A stretch of 58,878 nucleotides of DNA from Deltaproteobacteria bacterium (GTDB lineage: Bacteria > Desulfobacterota > RBG-13-43-22): the NCBI GenBank assembly GCA_016219065.1, contig JACRCK010000092.1, positions 1 to 58,878 of the forward strand, read 5' to 3'. Under the pieces are notes generated by a model, which saw nothing but the letters and a program-made list of their open reading frames with translations, was not told the origin of the DNA and did not search any database. Of the stretch, positions 36,810 through 47,001 are shown piece after piece. The position numbers and the translations under genes are program-made. Position 1 is the first letter of the stretch. Every line of letters starts with the position of its first letter.

Positions 36810-36839
36810 ACGATATGCGCCCGAGGTAAGGCTTGTCAA
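36810..36839 (-). promoter_or_regulatory. Candidate sigma70 promoter for the selenoprotein operon (leaderless geometry)
   Basis: TTGACA-18 nt-TATCGT-6 nt-ATG, with no SD. Confidence 0.5.
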
Positions 36840-36933
36840 TCTTTTTACCCCCCCTCGGGGGGGATATCCCTTTTTCCTACAAGTTTTTAAGATTGATTTT
36901 ACAGGAATTCTTTGGTATTGAGAAAGAAAGGAG

Positions 36934-38544
36934 ATGCCTGCCATCAGGGGAAAAACAACCAAAAAAACCTGGTCCCTCTCCCGGGAAGACCTGGCTCACT
37001 TGCGGGCCTTGGGGATTTCCAAGACTCGGACTTTGCAGCAGATTGCCCTGCTGCAAAAAGCCGGGCATCACCGGAAACTGGACCGGCCCTGCCTCGTGGG
37101 GGACGGCATTCACCGGATCTCCCGGACCGAAGCCCGATCGCTGATCCCCGTTCAGGAGGCCGGCGCCTCTGCCGGAAGGTTCCTCAAGTTTGTCCCTGCC
37201 TCCGGAGCGGCCAGCCGGATGTTTGAGTCCCTTTTGCATTACCACCGCCAGTCGGAGGTGTCCCAGATACACCAAATCCGGGAGCGGGCTCGGCAGGGCG
37301 GGCCGCGGGCTAGGGCGCTCCTCTATTTTCTGGAGGAATGGCGGTGCTTCCCCTTTTCGGAGGCCCTGCGGGCCAGAATCCTGGCGGAAGGTCTGAAGCC
37401 CGGCCCCCTGACCAAAGGGGACCGCTGGCGGACGATGTTAGATCTGCTCTTGACCGGGCGGGGTTTGAATTACCAGGTCCTACCCAAGGCCCTGATGACC
37501 TTTCATCGTTATCCCGACGGCTGCCGTTCGGCCCTGGAGGAACACCTGGTCGAAGCCGCCGCCACCATCCGAGACGAAAAGGGCCGCTCCCACCTTCATT
37601 TTACCATCTCCCCGGAACACGAGGACCTCTTTCGGGAACATCTTTCTGCGGTGAAACCCAAACACGAGGAACAATTCGGTGCCCGTTTCGAAATCAGCTA
37701 TTCGCACCAACACCGTTCGACGGACACTATCGCCCTGGACCTGGAAGGGCGGCCCCTGCGGGATGCCGGCGGACGCCTGTATTTACGCCCGGGGGGGCAC
37801 GGCGCCTTGTTGGTCAATCTGCACCGCCTGGGGGGCGACCTGGTCTATATCAAAAACATCGACAACGTCGTTCCGGATCATTTAAAGGCGGCGACCATTG
37901 ACTGGAAGAAGATATTAGGCGGCTACCTGATTCAGACTCAAAGACGGGTCAACCGGCAGTTGGAAAAGCTTCAGAAAAAAAGGCTCACTAAAAAGGATTT
38001 GGAAACGGGACTGGATTTTCTGCGGGAGGTCTTGGCTGTTTCCGAACCACAGGGATTCTGGAAGTGGCCTGCGGAACTCCGGCGGGAATTCCTCCTCCAA
38101 AAATTAAACCGTCCCTTGCGGGTCTGCGGCGTGGTGAAGAACCAGGGGGAAACGGGCGGCGGCCCTTTCTGGGTCAGGGGCCGGGACGGTAACCTGACCC
38201 GGCAGATTGTGGAAAGCGTCCAGGTGGACTTGGAATCCGAGGAACAGCAGGAGATCTGGTCCCGAGCCACCCATTTCAATCCCGTGGACCTGGTCTGTTC
38301 GCTGCGGGACTTTCAGGGTCGCCCCTTCGATTTAAGGCGCTACGTCGACCCCGAGGCCGTCTTCATCAGCCGTAAATCCCAAAACGGCCTGGCCCTCCGG
38401 GCCCTGGAACTCCCCGGCCTCTGGAACGGGGCCATGGCCGACTGGATTACCATCTTCCTGGAAGTGCCCCTGGAAACCTTCAACCCGGTGAAAACCATCC
38501 TGGACCTGCTCAGGCCCGAGCATCAACCCCCGGAAAAATGTTAA
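36934..38544 (+). CDS. DUF4301 family protein
   Basis: KFVPASGAASRMF, RPGGHGALL, IKNIDNV, RVCGVVKNQGE.GGGPFW, THFNPVD and LPGLWNGAM motifs. Confidence 0.92.
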   Translation: MPAIRGKTTKKTWSLSREDLAHLRALGISKTRTLQQIALLQKAGHHRKLDRPCLVGDGIHRISRTEARSLIPVQEAGASAGRFLKFVPASGAASRMFESLLHYHRQSEVSQIHQIRERARQGGPRARALLYFLEEWRCFPFSEALRARILAEGLKPGPLTKGDRWRTMLDLLLTGRGLNYQVLPKALMTFHRYPDGCRSALEEHLVEAAATIRDEKGRSHLHFTISPEHEDLFREHLSAVKPKHEEQFGARFEISYSHQHRSTDTIALDLEGRPLRDAGGRLYLRPGGHGALLVNLHRLGGDLVYIKNIDNVVPDHLKAATIDWKKILGGYLIQTQRRVNRQLEKLQKKRLTKKDLETGLDFLREVLAVSEPQGFWKWPAELRREFLLQKLNRPLRVCGVVKNQGETGGGPFWVRGRDGNLTRQIVESVQVDLESEEQQEIWSRATHFNPVDLVCSLRDFQGRPFDLRRYVDPEAVFISRKSQNGLALRALELPGLWNGAMADWITIFLEVPLETFNPVKTILDLLRPEHQPPEKC

Positions 38545-38550
38545 TCCCAG

Positions 38551-38631
38551 TGGCTGGAGTATTGGAGTATTGGAGCGATGGAGTAATGGCGTTTGAGGCA
38601 ATACTCCAGCACTCCAGCACTCCAGCACTCC
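38551..38631. repeat. Inverted pair of octamer arrays
   Basis: GGAGTATT-type units facing (ACTCCAGC)n at a convergent junction. Confidence 0.85.
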
Positions 38632-38641
38632 CTTTTTAAAA

Positions 38642-39553
38642 TTACCTCCGGTCGAGCCGATAGCAGCTTCCGGATTCGGATTTGGCGGCTTTTTTCATTT
38701 CCGTGACCACAGCGGCCATACGACCGTAATGGTCGTAGGCCTTGGCGCGGTTGTCGGTTATGCCGATGGACAGGGTGATCAAGGGGAAGGTCCGTTCTCG
38801 ACCGCGCCGGGTGCGGGTCAGGATAAATCCCTGTTCCCGGTCCGGAGGGTCATAAAAAGTGGGGATGATCCGGTCGAAGGTCTCCAGAATCTCCTCCGCC
38901 GTTCCCTCCACCAGAGACGGTTCCATGATGAAGATGAAATCGTCGCCGCCGATATGTCCTACAAAGCTTTTTTGGGACTGTTTCTGCTTGACGATGTTCA
39001 GGATCAGCCGGCCTACCATCTTCAGGATCTCATCCCCCCGGCTGAAACCGTATTTATCGTTGAAGGGCTTGAAGTAATCGATATCCGCATAAGCCAGGGC
39101 AAAAATCTCCCCCTGGTCCAGTCGGCTCTGAATTTGCTTGGTAATGGTAATGTTACCGGGAAGACGGGTCAGCGGGTTGACCTCCACGTTCCGTTCGGCC
39201 CGGTGGATGCACAGCTCCGTCCGGGTTTTCAATTCCGTTTCCAGGGCCGAACGCCGCAGGTAGTCGTCCACTCGCAACTGTTCCCAACCCGGCAGGGAAT
39301 AAGCATCGTCCAGAACGGCCAATACCGGAATCTGACCGTAGATGGGATCGACTTTCAGATCGGAAAGGATCAGCAGCGTCACCGGATCGCCGGGCTGCAG
39401 GTCGATCAGGATCAGGTCCGGGATAGCATGATAAATATGGTCCAGCGAGGACTGGACCTGGTGAAACAGGACTGTTTGGAAGACCGGGCTCAGCACCTGA
39501 TCCACCAGACTGGCGAGCACCATGTCTCCGGTCACTACCACGATCGTCTTCAT
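38642..39553 (-). CDS. Receiver-like domain plus GGDEF diguanylate cyclase
   Basis: PDLILID, NPLTRLPGN, DIDYFKPFNDKYGFSRGD and GHIGGDDF motifs. Confidence 0.9.
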   Translation of the reverse strand: MKTIVVVTGDMVLASLVDQVLSPVFQTVLFHQVQSSLDHIYHAIPDLILIDLQPGDPVTLLILSDLKVDPIYGQIPVLAVLDDAYSLPGWEQLRVDDYLRRSALETELKTRTELCIHRAERNVEVNPLTRLPGNITITKQIQSRLDQGEIFALAYADIDYFKPFNDKYGFSRGDEILKMVGRLILNIVKQKQSQKSFVGHIGGDDFIFIMEPSLVEGTAEEILETFDRIIPTFYDPPDREQGFILTRTRRGRERTFPLITLSIGITDNRAKAYDHYGRMAAVVTEMKKAAKSESGSCYRLDRR

Positions 39554-39556
39554 GAC

Positions 39557-40390
39557 TCATTCCAAAACCAGGAAATCGACCACCATTTCCAGCGAATCTT
39601 CCAGTTCGTTGAGGATCCCCCTCAGGTCCTGGTCGGAAAGGTTCAGCAGCTCCCAGGCTTGGGGATTGAGGGCCGGCACAAACGGATCCCCGGCATAGCC
39701 GAACCCCCGGGCCCGGACCAGAATATCGGACAAGTGAACGATGGCCGTCATCAGCGGGGCCTGGCGGGCAAGGTGGGGCTGGTGATGGCAGTCGATGATT
39801 TCCACCAGACCGGGGGGGAAATGCCAGCGTTGGGCAACCCAACCGCCGATCTCGGCGTGGGTCACTCCAAAATAATCCCGCTCGCCCTCCAAGACAAACC
39901 GCTGCTCTTTCTCGACGATCTGCCGGATCTGACGATATTCCTGGGGAAATTTGAGACCGAGGATCACTTTACCGATGTCGTGTAGCAGGGCCGCTACCGC
40001 CACCTCTTCGGGTTCTTTCAGGCCAATCTTTTGGGCAATTAATCGGGCGGCCGTGGCGCAGCCCACCGAGTGTTCCCAGAGTCCTGCCATCGCTTTTTTC
40101 ATGGCCTCAAATACCGAAACTCCCAGCAGCAGTCCTCGGACCACATTCAATCCCAACAAAACCAGGGACTGGTTGATGGTGGCGATCCGGCCGGGGAAAC
40201 CGTAGATCGGGGAATTGACCGCCCGCAGTATCCGCGTGGTCAGAACCGGGTCGCTGGAGATGAAGCTGCCGATTTCCTTCAGGGAAACCCTGGGATTTTC
40301 GATGACCTTCAGAAGTTTGTTCAGAATCCCGGGCAGGGTGGGCAGGGACTCGATGTTTTCGATTTCCCGGAGCAGGGTTTTATAATCCAT
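39557..40390 (-). CDS. HDOD domain protein
   Basis: LPTLP, DPVL..RIL..VNS..YG, LWEHS, LLHDIGK, HAEIG..W.FP and HH motifs. Confidence 0.93.
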   Translation of the reverse strand: MDYKTLLREIENIESLPTLPGILNKLLKVIENPRVSLKEIGSFISSDPVLTTRILRAVNSPIYGFPGRIATINQSLVLLGLNVVRGLLLGVSVFEAMKKAMAGLWEHSVGCATAARLIAQKIGLKEPEEVAVAALLHDIGKVILGLKFPQEYRQIRQIVEKEQRFVLEGERDYFGVTHAEIGGWVAQRWHFPPGLVEIIDCHHQPHLARQAPLMTAIVHLSDILVRARGFGYAGDPFVPALNPQAWELLNLSDQDLRGILNELEDSLEMVVDFLVLE

Positions 40391-40688
40391 GGCTGGCATA
40401 CAGGGCGGCCAAATGTTCCTGGATCAGGCGCTTCAAAGTCGCCATCTGGGGTTCGTTTTCCGTTTTTTTAAACCGGGAGTCCAGTTCCGCCAGTAGTTCT
40501 TCCAAAGGTCGATCCAGCCGGCTCTCTCCGCGGACATAGACGCTCTCCACCTCCATCCGCTGCAATCGGCCGATTAATTCCTCATTCAGTTCCGTACCCC
40601 CAGCGAGCAAAACCACCCCGCTGGAGTTGGTTACGGGTTTTAGAAGCTTCATCCCCGGCTTCAGATCGTGGAGGTACAATTTGGGCAT
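40380..40688 (-). CDS. Small hypothetical protein resembling the N-terminal module of HD-GYP proteins
   Basis: MPKLYLHDLKPGMKLLKPV..GVVLL..GTEL..LI.RL; overlaps the HDOD start. Confidence 0.75.
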   Translation of the reverse strand: MPKLYLHDLKPGMKLLKPVTNSSGVVLLAGGTELNEELIGRLQRMEVESVYVRGESRLDRPLEELLAELDSRFKKTENEPQMATLKRLIQEHLAALYASHGL

Positions 40689-40836
40689 AATGGGTCTCCA
40701 AAAACGAAAATCCGGTTGAATTATAGCACAAACGCTTTCCGGCCCTAAACAAATATCGCCCCTGGAACCGGCCGGACAGCCTCCTTCCGGATAAAAGTCT
40801 TGGGAATCGATCCGCTGTTTGTTAAGATCAACTCCC

Positions 40837-42066
40837 ATGGGCTATTACCACAAAGTCTGGCTGGTGCTGATCTTCGGCTGGATCACCAACTACCTGGTCC
40901 GAGCCGCCCTGTCGCCGGTATTGATACCCCTGATGCAGGAATTTTCCCTGACCTATTCCCAGGCCGGTCTGCTGGCCAGCGCCTTCTTTTACGCCTACGC
41001 CCTGATGCAGTTCCCCGCTGGCTACCTGGGAGACCGCCTGGGGAAAAAACGGATCCTGATCCTTTGCTCCTTGGGTTGGGGAATCGCCTCCCTGGGCACG
41101 GCGTTCGCCGCCTCGGTGGCCCTGCTCTTTTTTTTCCGTTTTCTGACCGGCATCGCCGAGGGGACCTATTTCAGCAACGACCGGCCGATCATTGCCTATT
41201 ACACCCCCAAGGAAAAGGCGGGAGTCGGACAGGGGATCTCCTTCATGGGCCTGGGCCTGGGGCTGTTCCTGGGCATCCTGCTGGCCGGCTGGATCTCGGA
41301 CCTCTGGGGCTGGCGGGCCGTATTCGTGCTTTTCTCGCTGCCGGCTTTCCTGGCGTCCTTCCTGATCTTCCGGATCATTAAAGAGCCGCCCCGGGATCCC
41401 GCCCTGCTCGAATCCGCCGGCCGCCTGCCCGTCTCCTGGATATTCAAGCACCGGGATTTATGGCTCCTTTACCTGGGCGGCATCCCCGGCGTTTACGCCC
41501 TATGGATGATCGGGTCCTGGGCCCCGGCCATGCTCCAGGAAATCGGGGTCGGCACCGTAGCCGGCGCTTCCCTGTACTCCAGCCTCCTGGGGCTTTCGGC
41601 AGTCCCGGGCCTGATCCTGACCGGCCTGATCAGCGACCGCTTGGCCTGCCGGGGAAGGGGGCGTAAGGGATTGATCGCCGCCGAGTTTCTGGGCATCGCC
41701 ATTTTTCTGGCCCTTTTCGGCTGGGGGATTCAGGAGCGCTGGGCGGCCTGGGTCATGGGCGGGCTGATTTTCATTATCGGCTGTTTCGTTTGGGGCCATT
41801 GGGCCGCCTATTACTCCCTGATCCCCGAAATGGTGCCCCCGGCTATCCTGGGGACGGTCTTCGGCTTCACCAATTCGATCCACTTCATCGGCGGCCTCCT
41901 GGCCCCCTGGCTGACCGGACTGATCAAGGACCAGACCGCCTCCTTCGCCTCCGCCTGCTACGCCGCTTCCATGTTTGCCTTGCTCGGGGGCTTGATCATT
42001 TTTTCGGTCAGGCCCGCCTTCCGCTGCCGCCGGGAAATCCCGGTTACCTTTCAAAATATTCCTTAA
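40837..42066 (+). CDS. MFS transporter (ACS-like)
   Basis: NYLVR..LS and QFPAGYLGDRLGKK (motif A); about 12 TMs. Confidence 0.92.
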   Translation: MGYYHKVWLVLIFGWITNYLVRAALSPVLIPLMQEFSLTYSQAGLLASAFFYAYALMQFPAGYLGDRLGKKRILILCSLGWGIASLGTAFAASVALLFFFRFLTGIAEGTYFSNDRPIIAYYTPKEKAGVGQGISFMGLGLGLFLGILLAGWISDLWGWRAVFVLFSLPAFLASFLIFRIIKEPPRDPALLESAGRLPVSWIFKHRDLWLLYLGGIPGVYALWMIGSWAPAMLQEIGVGTVAGASLYSSLLGLSAVPGLILTGLISDRLACRGRGRKGLIAAEFLGIAIFLALFGWGIQERWAAWVMGGLIFIIGCFVWGHWAAYYSLIPEMVPPAILGTVFGFTNSIHFIGGLLAPWLTGLIKDQTASFASACYAASMFALLGGLIIFSVRPAFRCRREIPVTFQNIP

Positions 42067-42076
42067 AATATTTCCT

Positions 42077-42106
42077 TTGACATTTTTCTATTGAGGTGAT
42101 TATAAT
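42077..42106 (+). promoter_or_regulatory. sigma70 promoter of the cobalamin operon
   Basis: Perfect TTGACA (42077-42082), 18-nt spacer, TATAAT (42101-42106). Confidence 0.8.
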
Positions 42107-42117
42107 TTTAACTTGGC

Positions 42118-42283
42118 AATCCTGGGTGGTCCTTTTAGGACCTGAAAGGGAAGCTGGTGTAAATCCAGCACGGACCCGCCGCTGTGACCGGGGACGAAAG
42201 CCGCCTCAGCCACTGTTCGGTACCCGTTGAATGGGAAGGCGCGGCGAGTAGGTCGATCCGGAAGTCAGAAGACCTGCCCAGTG
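42118..42283 (+). ncRNA. Cobalamin (AdoCbl) riboswitch
   Basis: GGT..AAAGGGAAGCTGGTGTAAATCCAGCACGGACCCGCCGCTGT..GCCACTG..TGGGAAGG..AAGTCAGAAGACCTGCC (B12 box), upstream of cob genes. Confidence 0.95.
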
Positions 42284-42340
42284 GAAAAACTTTGTACCCT
42301 CGCGGAAAAGGGTTGCCTTATTACGAGGATAGAAAACGGT

Positions 42341-42383
42341 ATCCCCGAAGCGCCAGTAATCGGCTTCGGGGATTTTTATTTTC
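42341..42383 (+). terminator. Intrinsic terminator (riboswitch expression platform)
   Basis: ATCCCCGAAGC..GCTTCGGGGAT followed by TTTTATTTT. Confidence 0.85.
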
Positions 42384-42413
42384 TTCGAAAATAAAAATGA
42401 AAGTCGGACAATC

Positions 42414-44996
42414 ATGTCAGGCATCAATTTTCGACACGGTGGAAACATAATCAAACTAGCCCGGGAGGCGGGGCTGGAACAGGGGAACCTGCTGGATTTC
42501 TCGGCCAATATCAATCCCCTGGGACCACCCGACTGGTTCCGTCCCCTGGTCAGCTCCCGGTTGAGTTCCCTGGTCCACTACCCGGATCCGGATTGTTCCC
42601 GGCTGCTGGAAATCATGGCCCGCCGGTTTCAGGTTGACCCGCAAGAGATTTTAATCGGCAATGGCTCCACCGAGCTCCTGTATCTGCTTCCCCGGGTGCT
42701 GCCCGTGTCCCGGGCCCTGATCGCGGTCCCGGCTTACGTGGACTACGCGAAGGCCCTGCACCTGGCCGGGCTGGCCGTTCATTACCATGATCAAAAAGAA
42801 AAAAACGGCTTCCGCCTGGTAGTGTCCGATTTGGAATCCGGGTTGACCGGCGGCGAGTTGGTAGTCCTGGGCCAGCCCAACAACCCCACGGGATTGGCCG
42901 TGGATCCGCAGGAAATCCGGTCCCTGGCCGGCCGCCATCCGGAAACGTTTTTTCTGGTGGACGAGGCCTTTGCCGATTTTGTCGATAACCTGGAGAGCCT
43001 GGCCGGCCGCCGCCCCCCCAACGTCATCGTTCTGCAGTCCTTCACCAAGTTTTACGCCATCCCGGGCCTGCGCCTCGGCGCCGCCGTCCTGACTCCCACC
43101 TGGGCCGAGAAGGTGCGGGAGGTCCTCCCCCCCTGGTCGGTCAATACCCTGGCTCAGCAGGTGGGTGAAGCCGCCCTGCAGGACCTGGAATACGGTCACC
43201 AAACCAGACGGCTGGTCCGGGAACAACGCGGGCTTTTGAGCGGCCTGCTGTCCGGTCTTCCCCAACTGACGGTATATCCGGGAGAAGCCAATTTTCTTTT
43301 CCTGCGCCTCGATCATCCGGTCCTCACGGCCCGGGACCTGGCGCAAAGGTTGCTGACCCAGGGCCTGGCCATACGGGTCTGCGACAATTATGAAGGCCTG
43401 GACGAACGCTTCTTCCGAGTGGCGGTGCGCACCGCAAACGAAAACCGGCGTCTGGCCGCGGTCTTGGAGGCGGTGTTGACAGCCCGCCCGGTTCCCAAGG
43501 TAACCCGGCAAAAGACACCGGCCCTCATGTTTCAGGGCACCAGCTCCAATGCCGGCAAGAGCTTGCTGACGGCTGCCCTGTGCCGGATCCTGCTCCAGGA
43601 CGGGTATCGGGTGGCGCCCTTTAAGTCCCAGAACATGTCCCTCAATTCGTTCGTGACCCAAGACGGCGGCGAGATGGGCCGGGCCCAGGTGGTCCAGGCC
43701 CAGGCCAGCCGCCTGGACCCGGACGTGCGCATGAATCCGGTGCTGCTCAAACCCTCGAGCGATACCGGGGCCCAGGTGATCGTTCTCGGCCGGCCGGTGG
43801 GCAACATGGACGTCAACCAATATATCGACTACAAGCCGCAGGCCTTCGCCCAAGCCCGGGCGGCCTACGATTCCCTGGCCCGGGAATTCGACGTCATCGT
43901 CCTGGAAGGGGCCGGAAGCCCGGCCGAGGTGAACCTCAAGCACCACGACATCGTCAACATGCGCATGGCCGAATACGCCGAGGCCCCGGTCCTGCTGGTG
44001 GGGGACATCGACCGCGGCGGGGTCTTCGCCTCCTTTATCGGGACCCTGGAAGTCCTGGCCGAATGGGAAAGGCGACTGCTGGCCGGTTTTATCGTCAACC
44101 GTTTCCGGGGTCAGGAGGAACTGCTGGAGCCGGCCTTTCGCTATACCGAACGGCACACCGGCCTGCCGGTGCTGGGCACGGTCCCTTACCTGAAGGATCA
44201 CGGTCTCCCGGAGGAGGATTCGGTCAGCTATAAAAGCGGGGCCTTTGATCGCTCCGAAGACCGGGAAGCCGGTATCGAAATCGCCCTGATCGACCTGCCC
44301 CATATCTCCAATTTCACCGATTTCGATGCCCTGCGGATAGAGCCCGATGTACACTTACGCATCGTCCGCTCCCCGGCGGATCTGAATCAGCCGGACGCGG
44401 TGATCCTCCCGGGGAGCAAGAACGTCATCGGCGATCTGCTTTACTTGCGGGAAAGCGGCCTGGATCGCCGGCTGAACCGGTTGGCCGAAGAAGGCCGGAC
44501 CGAGATCGTGGGGGTCTGCGGGGGCTTTCAACTATTAGGCCGGGAAATCGCCGATCCGTACGGTATTGAATCCGGGGGACGGACCCTCGAGGGCTTGGGA
44601 CTGCTGCCGGTCTCCACCATCCTGGAAAAGGAAAAGACTCTGGAACGGGTCCAAGCCCGGCATCTGCCCACCGGCCTCCCTATCTTCGGGTACGAAATCC
44701 ATCACGGGCGGACCGAAGGCCAGGGACTTACGCCCATCGTGCAACGGGAGGATGGGGAAACCATCGGCCTCGGCCGGGAAAACGGCCGGATCTGGGGCAC
44801 CTACCTGCACGGGGCTTTTGACGCGGATGCCTTCCGCCGCTGGTTCATCGACCGCCTGCGGAGCCGCCGCGGCCTGGAAGCGGTGGGGGCGATCCGCGCC
44901 GTTTACGATTTGGAACCGGCCCTGGATCGTCTGGCCGATGCCGTCCGCAGGAGCCTGCAGATGAAAACGATTTATAAGCTGATGGGGCTGAAGTGA
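42414..44996 (+). CDS. cobQ: Fusion of L-threonine-O-3-phosphate decarboxylase (CobD) and cobyric acid synthase (CobQ/CbiP)
   Basis: N-terminal [29 protein letters not shown]-terminal [47 protein letters not shown]. Confidence 0.95.
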   Translation: MSGINFRHGGNIIKLAREAGLEQGNLLDFSANINPLGPPDWFRPLVSSRLSSLVHYPDPDCSRLLEIMARRFQVDPQEILIGNGSTELLYLLPRVLPVSRALIAVPAYVDYAKALHLAGLAVHYHDQKEKNGFRLVVSDLESGLTGGELVVLGQPNNPTGLAVDPQEIRSLAGRHPETFFLVDEAFADFVDNLESLAGRRPPNVIVLQSFTKFYAIPGLRLGAAVLTPTWAEKVREVLPPWSVNTLAQQVGEAALQDLEYGHQTRRLVREQRGLLSGLLSGLPQLTVYPGEANFLFLRLDHPVLTARDLAQRLLTQGLAIRVCDNYEGLDERFFRVAVRTANENRRLAAVLEAVLTARPVPKVTRQKTPALMFQGTSSNAGKSLLTAALCRILLQDGYRVAPFKSQNMSLNSFVTQDGGEMGRAQVVQAQASRLDPDVRMNPVLLKPSSDTGAQVIVLGRPVGNMDVNQYIDYKPQAFAQARAAYDSLAREFDVIVLEGAGSPAEVNLKHHDIVNMRMAEYAEAPVLLVGDIDRGGVFASFIGTLEVLAEWERRLLAGFIVNRFRGQEELLEPAFRYTERHTGLPVLGTVPYLKDHGLPEEDSVSYKSGAFDRSEDREAGIEIALIDLPHISNFTDFDALRIEPDVHLRIVRSPADLNQPDAVILPGSKNVIGDLLYLRESGLDRRLNRLAEEGRTEIVGVCGGFQLLGREIADPYGIESGGRTLEGLGLLPVSTILEKEKTLERVQARHLPTGLPIFGYEIHHGRTEGQGLTPIVQREDGETIGLGRENGRIWGTYLHGAFDADAFRRWFIDRLRSRRGLEAVGAIRAVYDLEPALDRLADAVRRSLQMKTIYKLMGLK

Positions 44997-45052
44997 ATTA
45001 CGACCAAGGAATAGAAGGCTAAATTCGAAACTCGGATTTCGGATTTTACTTT

Positions 45053-45613
45053 TTGATGCATATGAAACCAGACCATCCGGACCTAAACCATATTCCCGGA
45101 CGCCTGCTCATCTTCACGGGAGACGGCAAAGGCAAAACCACGGCCGCTTTGGGCATGGCCCTGCGGGCCGGCGGGCACGGCCAAAAGGTCCTGATCCTGC
45201 AATTCATCAAGGCCAACCAGTACAGCGGGGAGCTGGCGGCCCTGAGGCTGCTCCCGGGGGTCGAATTGGTGCAGATGGGCCTGGGTTTCGTAGTTCCCCC
45301 CGATGACCCCCGCTTTGGGGAACACCGCCGCAGGGCCGAGGAAGCCCTGGAACGCGCAGCCGAGGCCCTGCGTTCAGGCGTCTATGACCTCGTCATCCTG
45401 GACGAGATCATCACCGCCGTTACGAAAAACCTCCTGCCCGAAGAAAAGGTTGCAGCCGCCCTCCGCCGGCGGAACGGGAACGGTGTGCTGGTCCTCACGG
45501 GCCGGGGGGCCGGGCCGGGGCTGCTGGCCCTGGCCGATACCGTGACCGAGATGAAAAATGTCAAACACGGCCTCCAGACCGGCTGGAAGGCCCAGGAAGG
45601 GGTGGAATTTTGA
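45053..45613 (+). CDS. cobO: Cob(I)yrinic acid a,c-diamide adenosyltransferase
   Basis: TGDGKGKTTAALG, QFIK, LDEI and VLTGR motifs. Start may be 45056 or 45062. Confidence 0.95.
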   Translation: MMHMKPDHPDLNHIPGRLLIFTGDGKGKTTAALGMALRAGGHGQKVLILQFIKANQYSGELAALRLLPGVELVQMGLGFVVPPDDPRFGEHRRRAEEALERAAEALRSGVYDLVILDEIITAVTKNLLPEEKVAAALRRRNGNGVLVLTGRGAGPGLLALADTVTEMKNVKHGLQTGWKAQEGVEF

Positions 45614-47001
45614 GCAGCCCCCTGCCCCGGGTGGTAATCGCCGGCACCCAGAGCGGCGTGGGCAAAACCTCGGTCAGCCTGGCCCTGGTGGCGGCCCTGA
45701 GGCGGCGGGGCTTGAAGGTGCAAACCTTTAAGGTGGGCCCGGATTTTCTGGACCCCTCCCACTTGGCCCGCGCCTCGGGTCGGCCCTGTTATAATCTGGA
45801 CGGCTGGATGACCGACCGCAACTACGTCCGGCAGCTTTTTGATCGGGTGACCCGGGACGCCGACCTGGCCGTGGTGGACGGGGTCATGGGCCTTTTTGAC
45901 GGCGCCGATCCGGCCGCCAACGAAGGCAGCACCGCGGAGATCGCCTGCTGGCTGGAGGCCCCGGTGCTGCTGGTGGTCAACGCCCACGGGCTGGCCCGCA
46001 GTATCGCCGCCCTGGTCAAGGGTTACGCCGAGTTTGATCCGCGGATCCGGGTAGCCGGGGTCATTGCCAACCGCTCCGGCAGCGACCGGCACCGGAAATG
46101 GCTAGCTGCTGCCCTCGCCGCTGCCGGGGGACCTCCCCTGCTGGGGGCCATCCCCCGGGGGGCTTTCCCCGACCTCCCCAGCCGGCACCTGGGACTGGTC
46201 ACCGCCGACGCCCAGAATCTTTCGGAGTCCATCCTGGAGCAACTGGGCTCCGTCTTGGAAAAAGCGGTCAACCTGGAGGGCCTCATCGAAAAGGCCCGTC
46301 AGGCGCCCGCGCTGGCGCCCCCGCGCCGGTTCCCGGCGCCGGAAATGATAAACCCAGCGGTCCGGATCGGCCTGGCCCGGGACCCGGCTTTTCATTTTTA
46401 TTATCCGGACAATCTGGATGCCCTGGCGGAACGGGGGGTGGTCTGGGTACCCTTCTCCCCTCTGGTCGAACCGGACTTGCCTTCCGACCTGGATGCTTTA
46501 TACTTGGGCGGAGGATATCCCGAAGAATTCGCGGCGGCCTTATCGGAAAACCGGCTCCTGGTCGAAGCGATTCGCCGCTTTGCCGCCTCCGGAAAACCGC
46601 TGTACGCCGAATGCGGCGGGTTGATGTATTTAAGTCAAGGAATTGAAACCCGGGACGGCGGGAAATTTCCCCTGGTGGGGCTGTTGCCGATCTGGACCCG
46701 CATGCTGGAACGGTTGAAAACCCTGGGTTATGTGGAGGTCCGCCTCGACCGGACCGGGCCCTGGGGCCTTCCGGGGACCACCCTGCGGGGGCACGAGTTC
46801 CATTATTCCGAACCGGTCCGGGAACCGGACGCTGCGGAAGGCTGGCAGCGGGCCTACCATTTGAAACGACGCCGGTCCAACCGGGAGGAACGGGAAGGAT
46901 ATCAACGGGACCGGATCCTGGCCAGCTATGTCCATCTCCATTGGGCCTCCCGTCCGGAAGCGGCGGCGGCCCTGATCCAATATTGCGGAGCAACCTCATG
47001 A
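45610..47001 (+). CDS. cbiA: Cobyrinate a,c-diamide synthase
   Basis: SGVGKT, FKVGPDFLDP, GVMGLFDG, GGGYPE, AECGG and GHEFHYS motifs. Confidence 0.95.
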   Translation: MSSPLPRVVIAGTQSGVGKTSVSLALVAALRRRGLKVQTFKVGPDFLDPSHLARASGRPCYNLDGWMTDRNYVRQLFDRVTRDADLAVVDGVMGLFDGADPAANEGSTAEIACWLEAPVLLVVNAHGLARSIAALVKGYAEFDPRIRVAGVIANRSGSDRHRKWLAAALAAAGGPPLLGAIPRGAFPDLPSRHLGLVTADAQNLSESILEQLGSVLEKAVNLEGLIEKARQAPALAPPRRFPAPEMINPAVRIGLARDPAFHFYYPDNLDALAERGVVWVPFSPLVEPDLPSDLDALYLGGGYPEEFAAALSENRLLVEAIRRFAASGKPLYAECGGLMYLSQGIETRDGGKFPLVGLLPIWTRMLERLKTLGYVEVRLDRTGPWGLPGTTLRGHEFHYSEPVREPDAAEGWQRAYHLKRRRSNREEREGYQRDRILASYVHLHWASRPEAAAALIQYCGATS

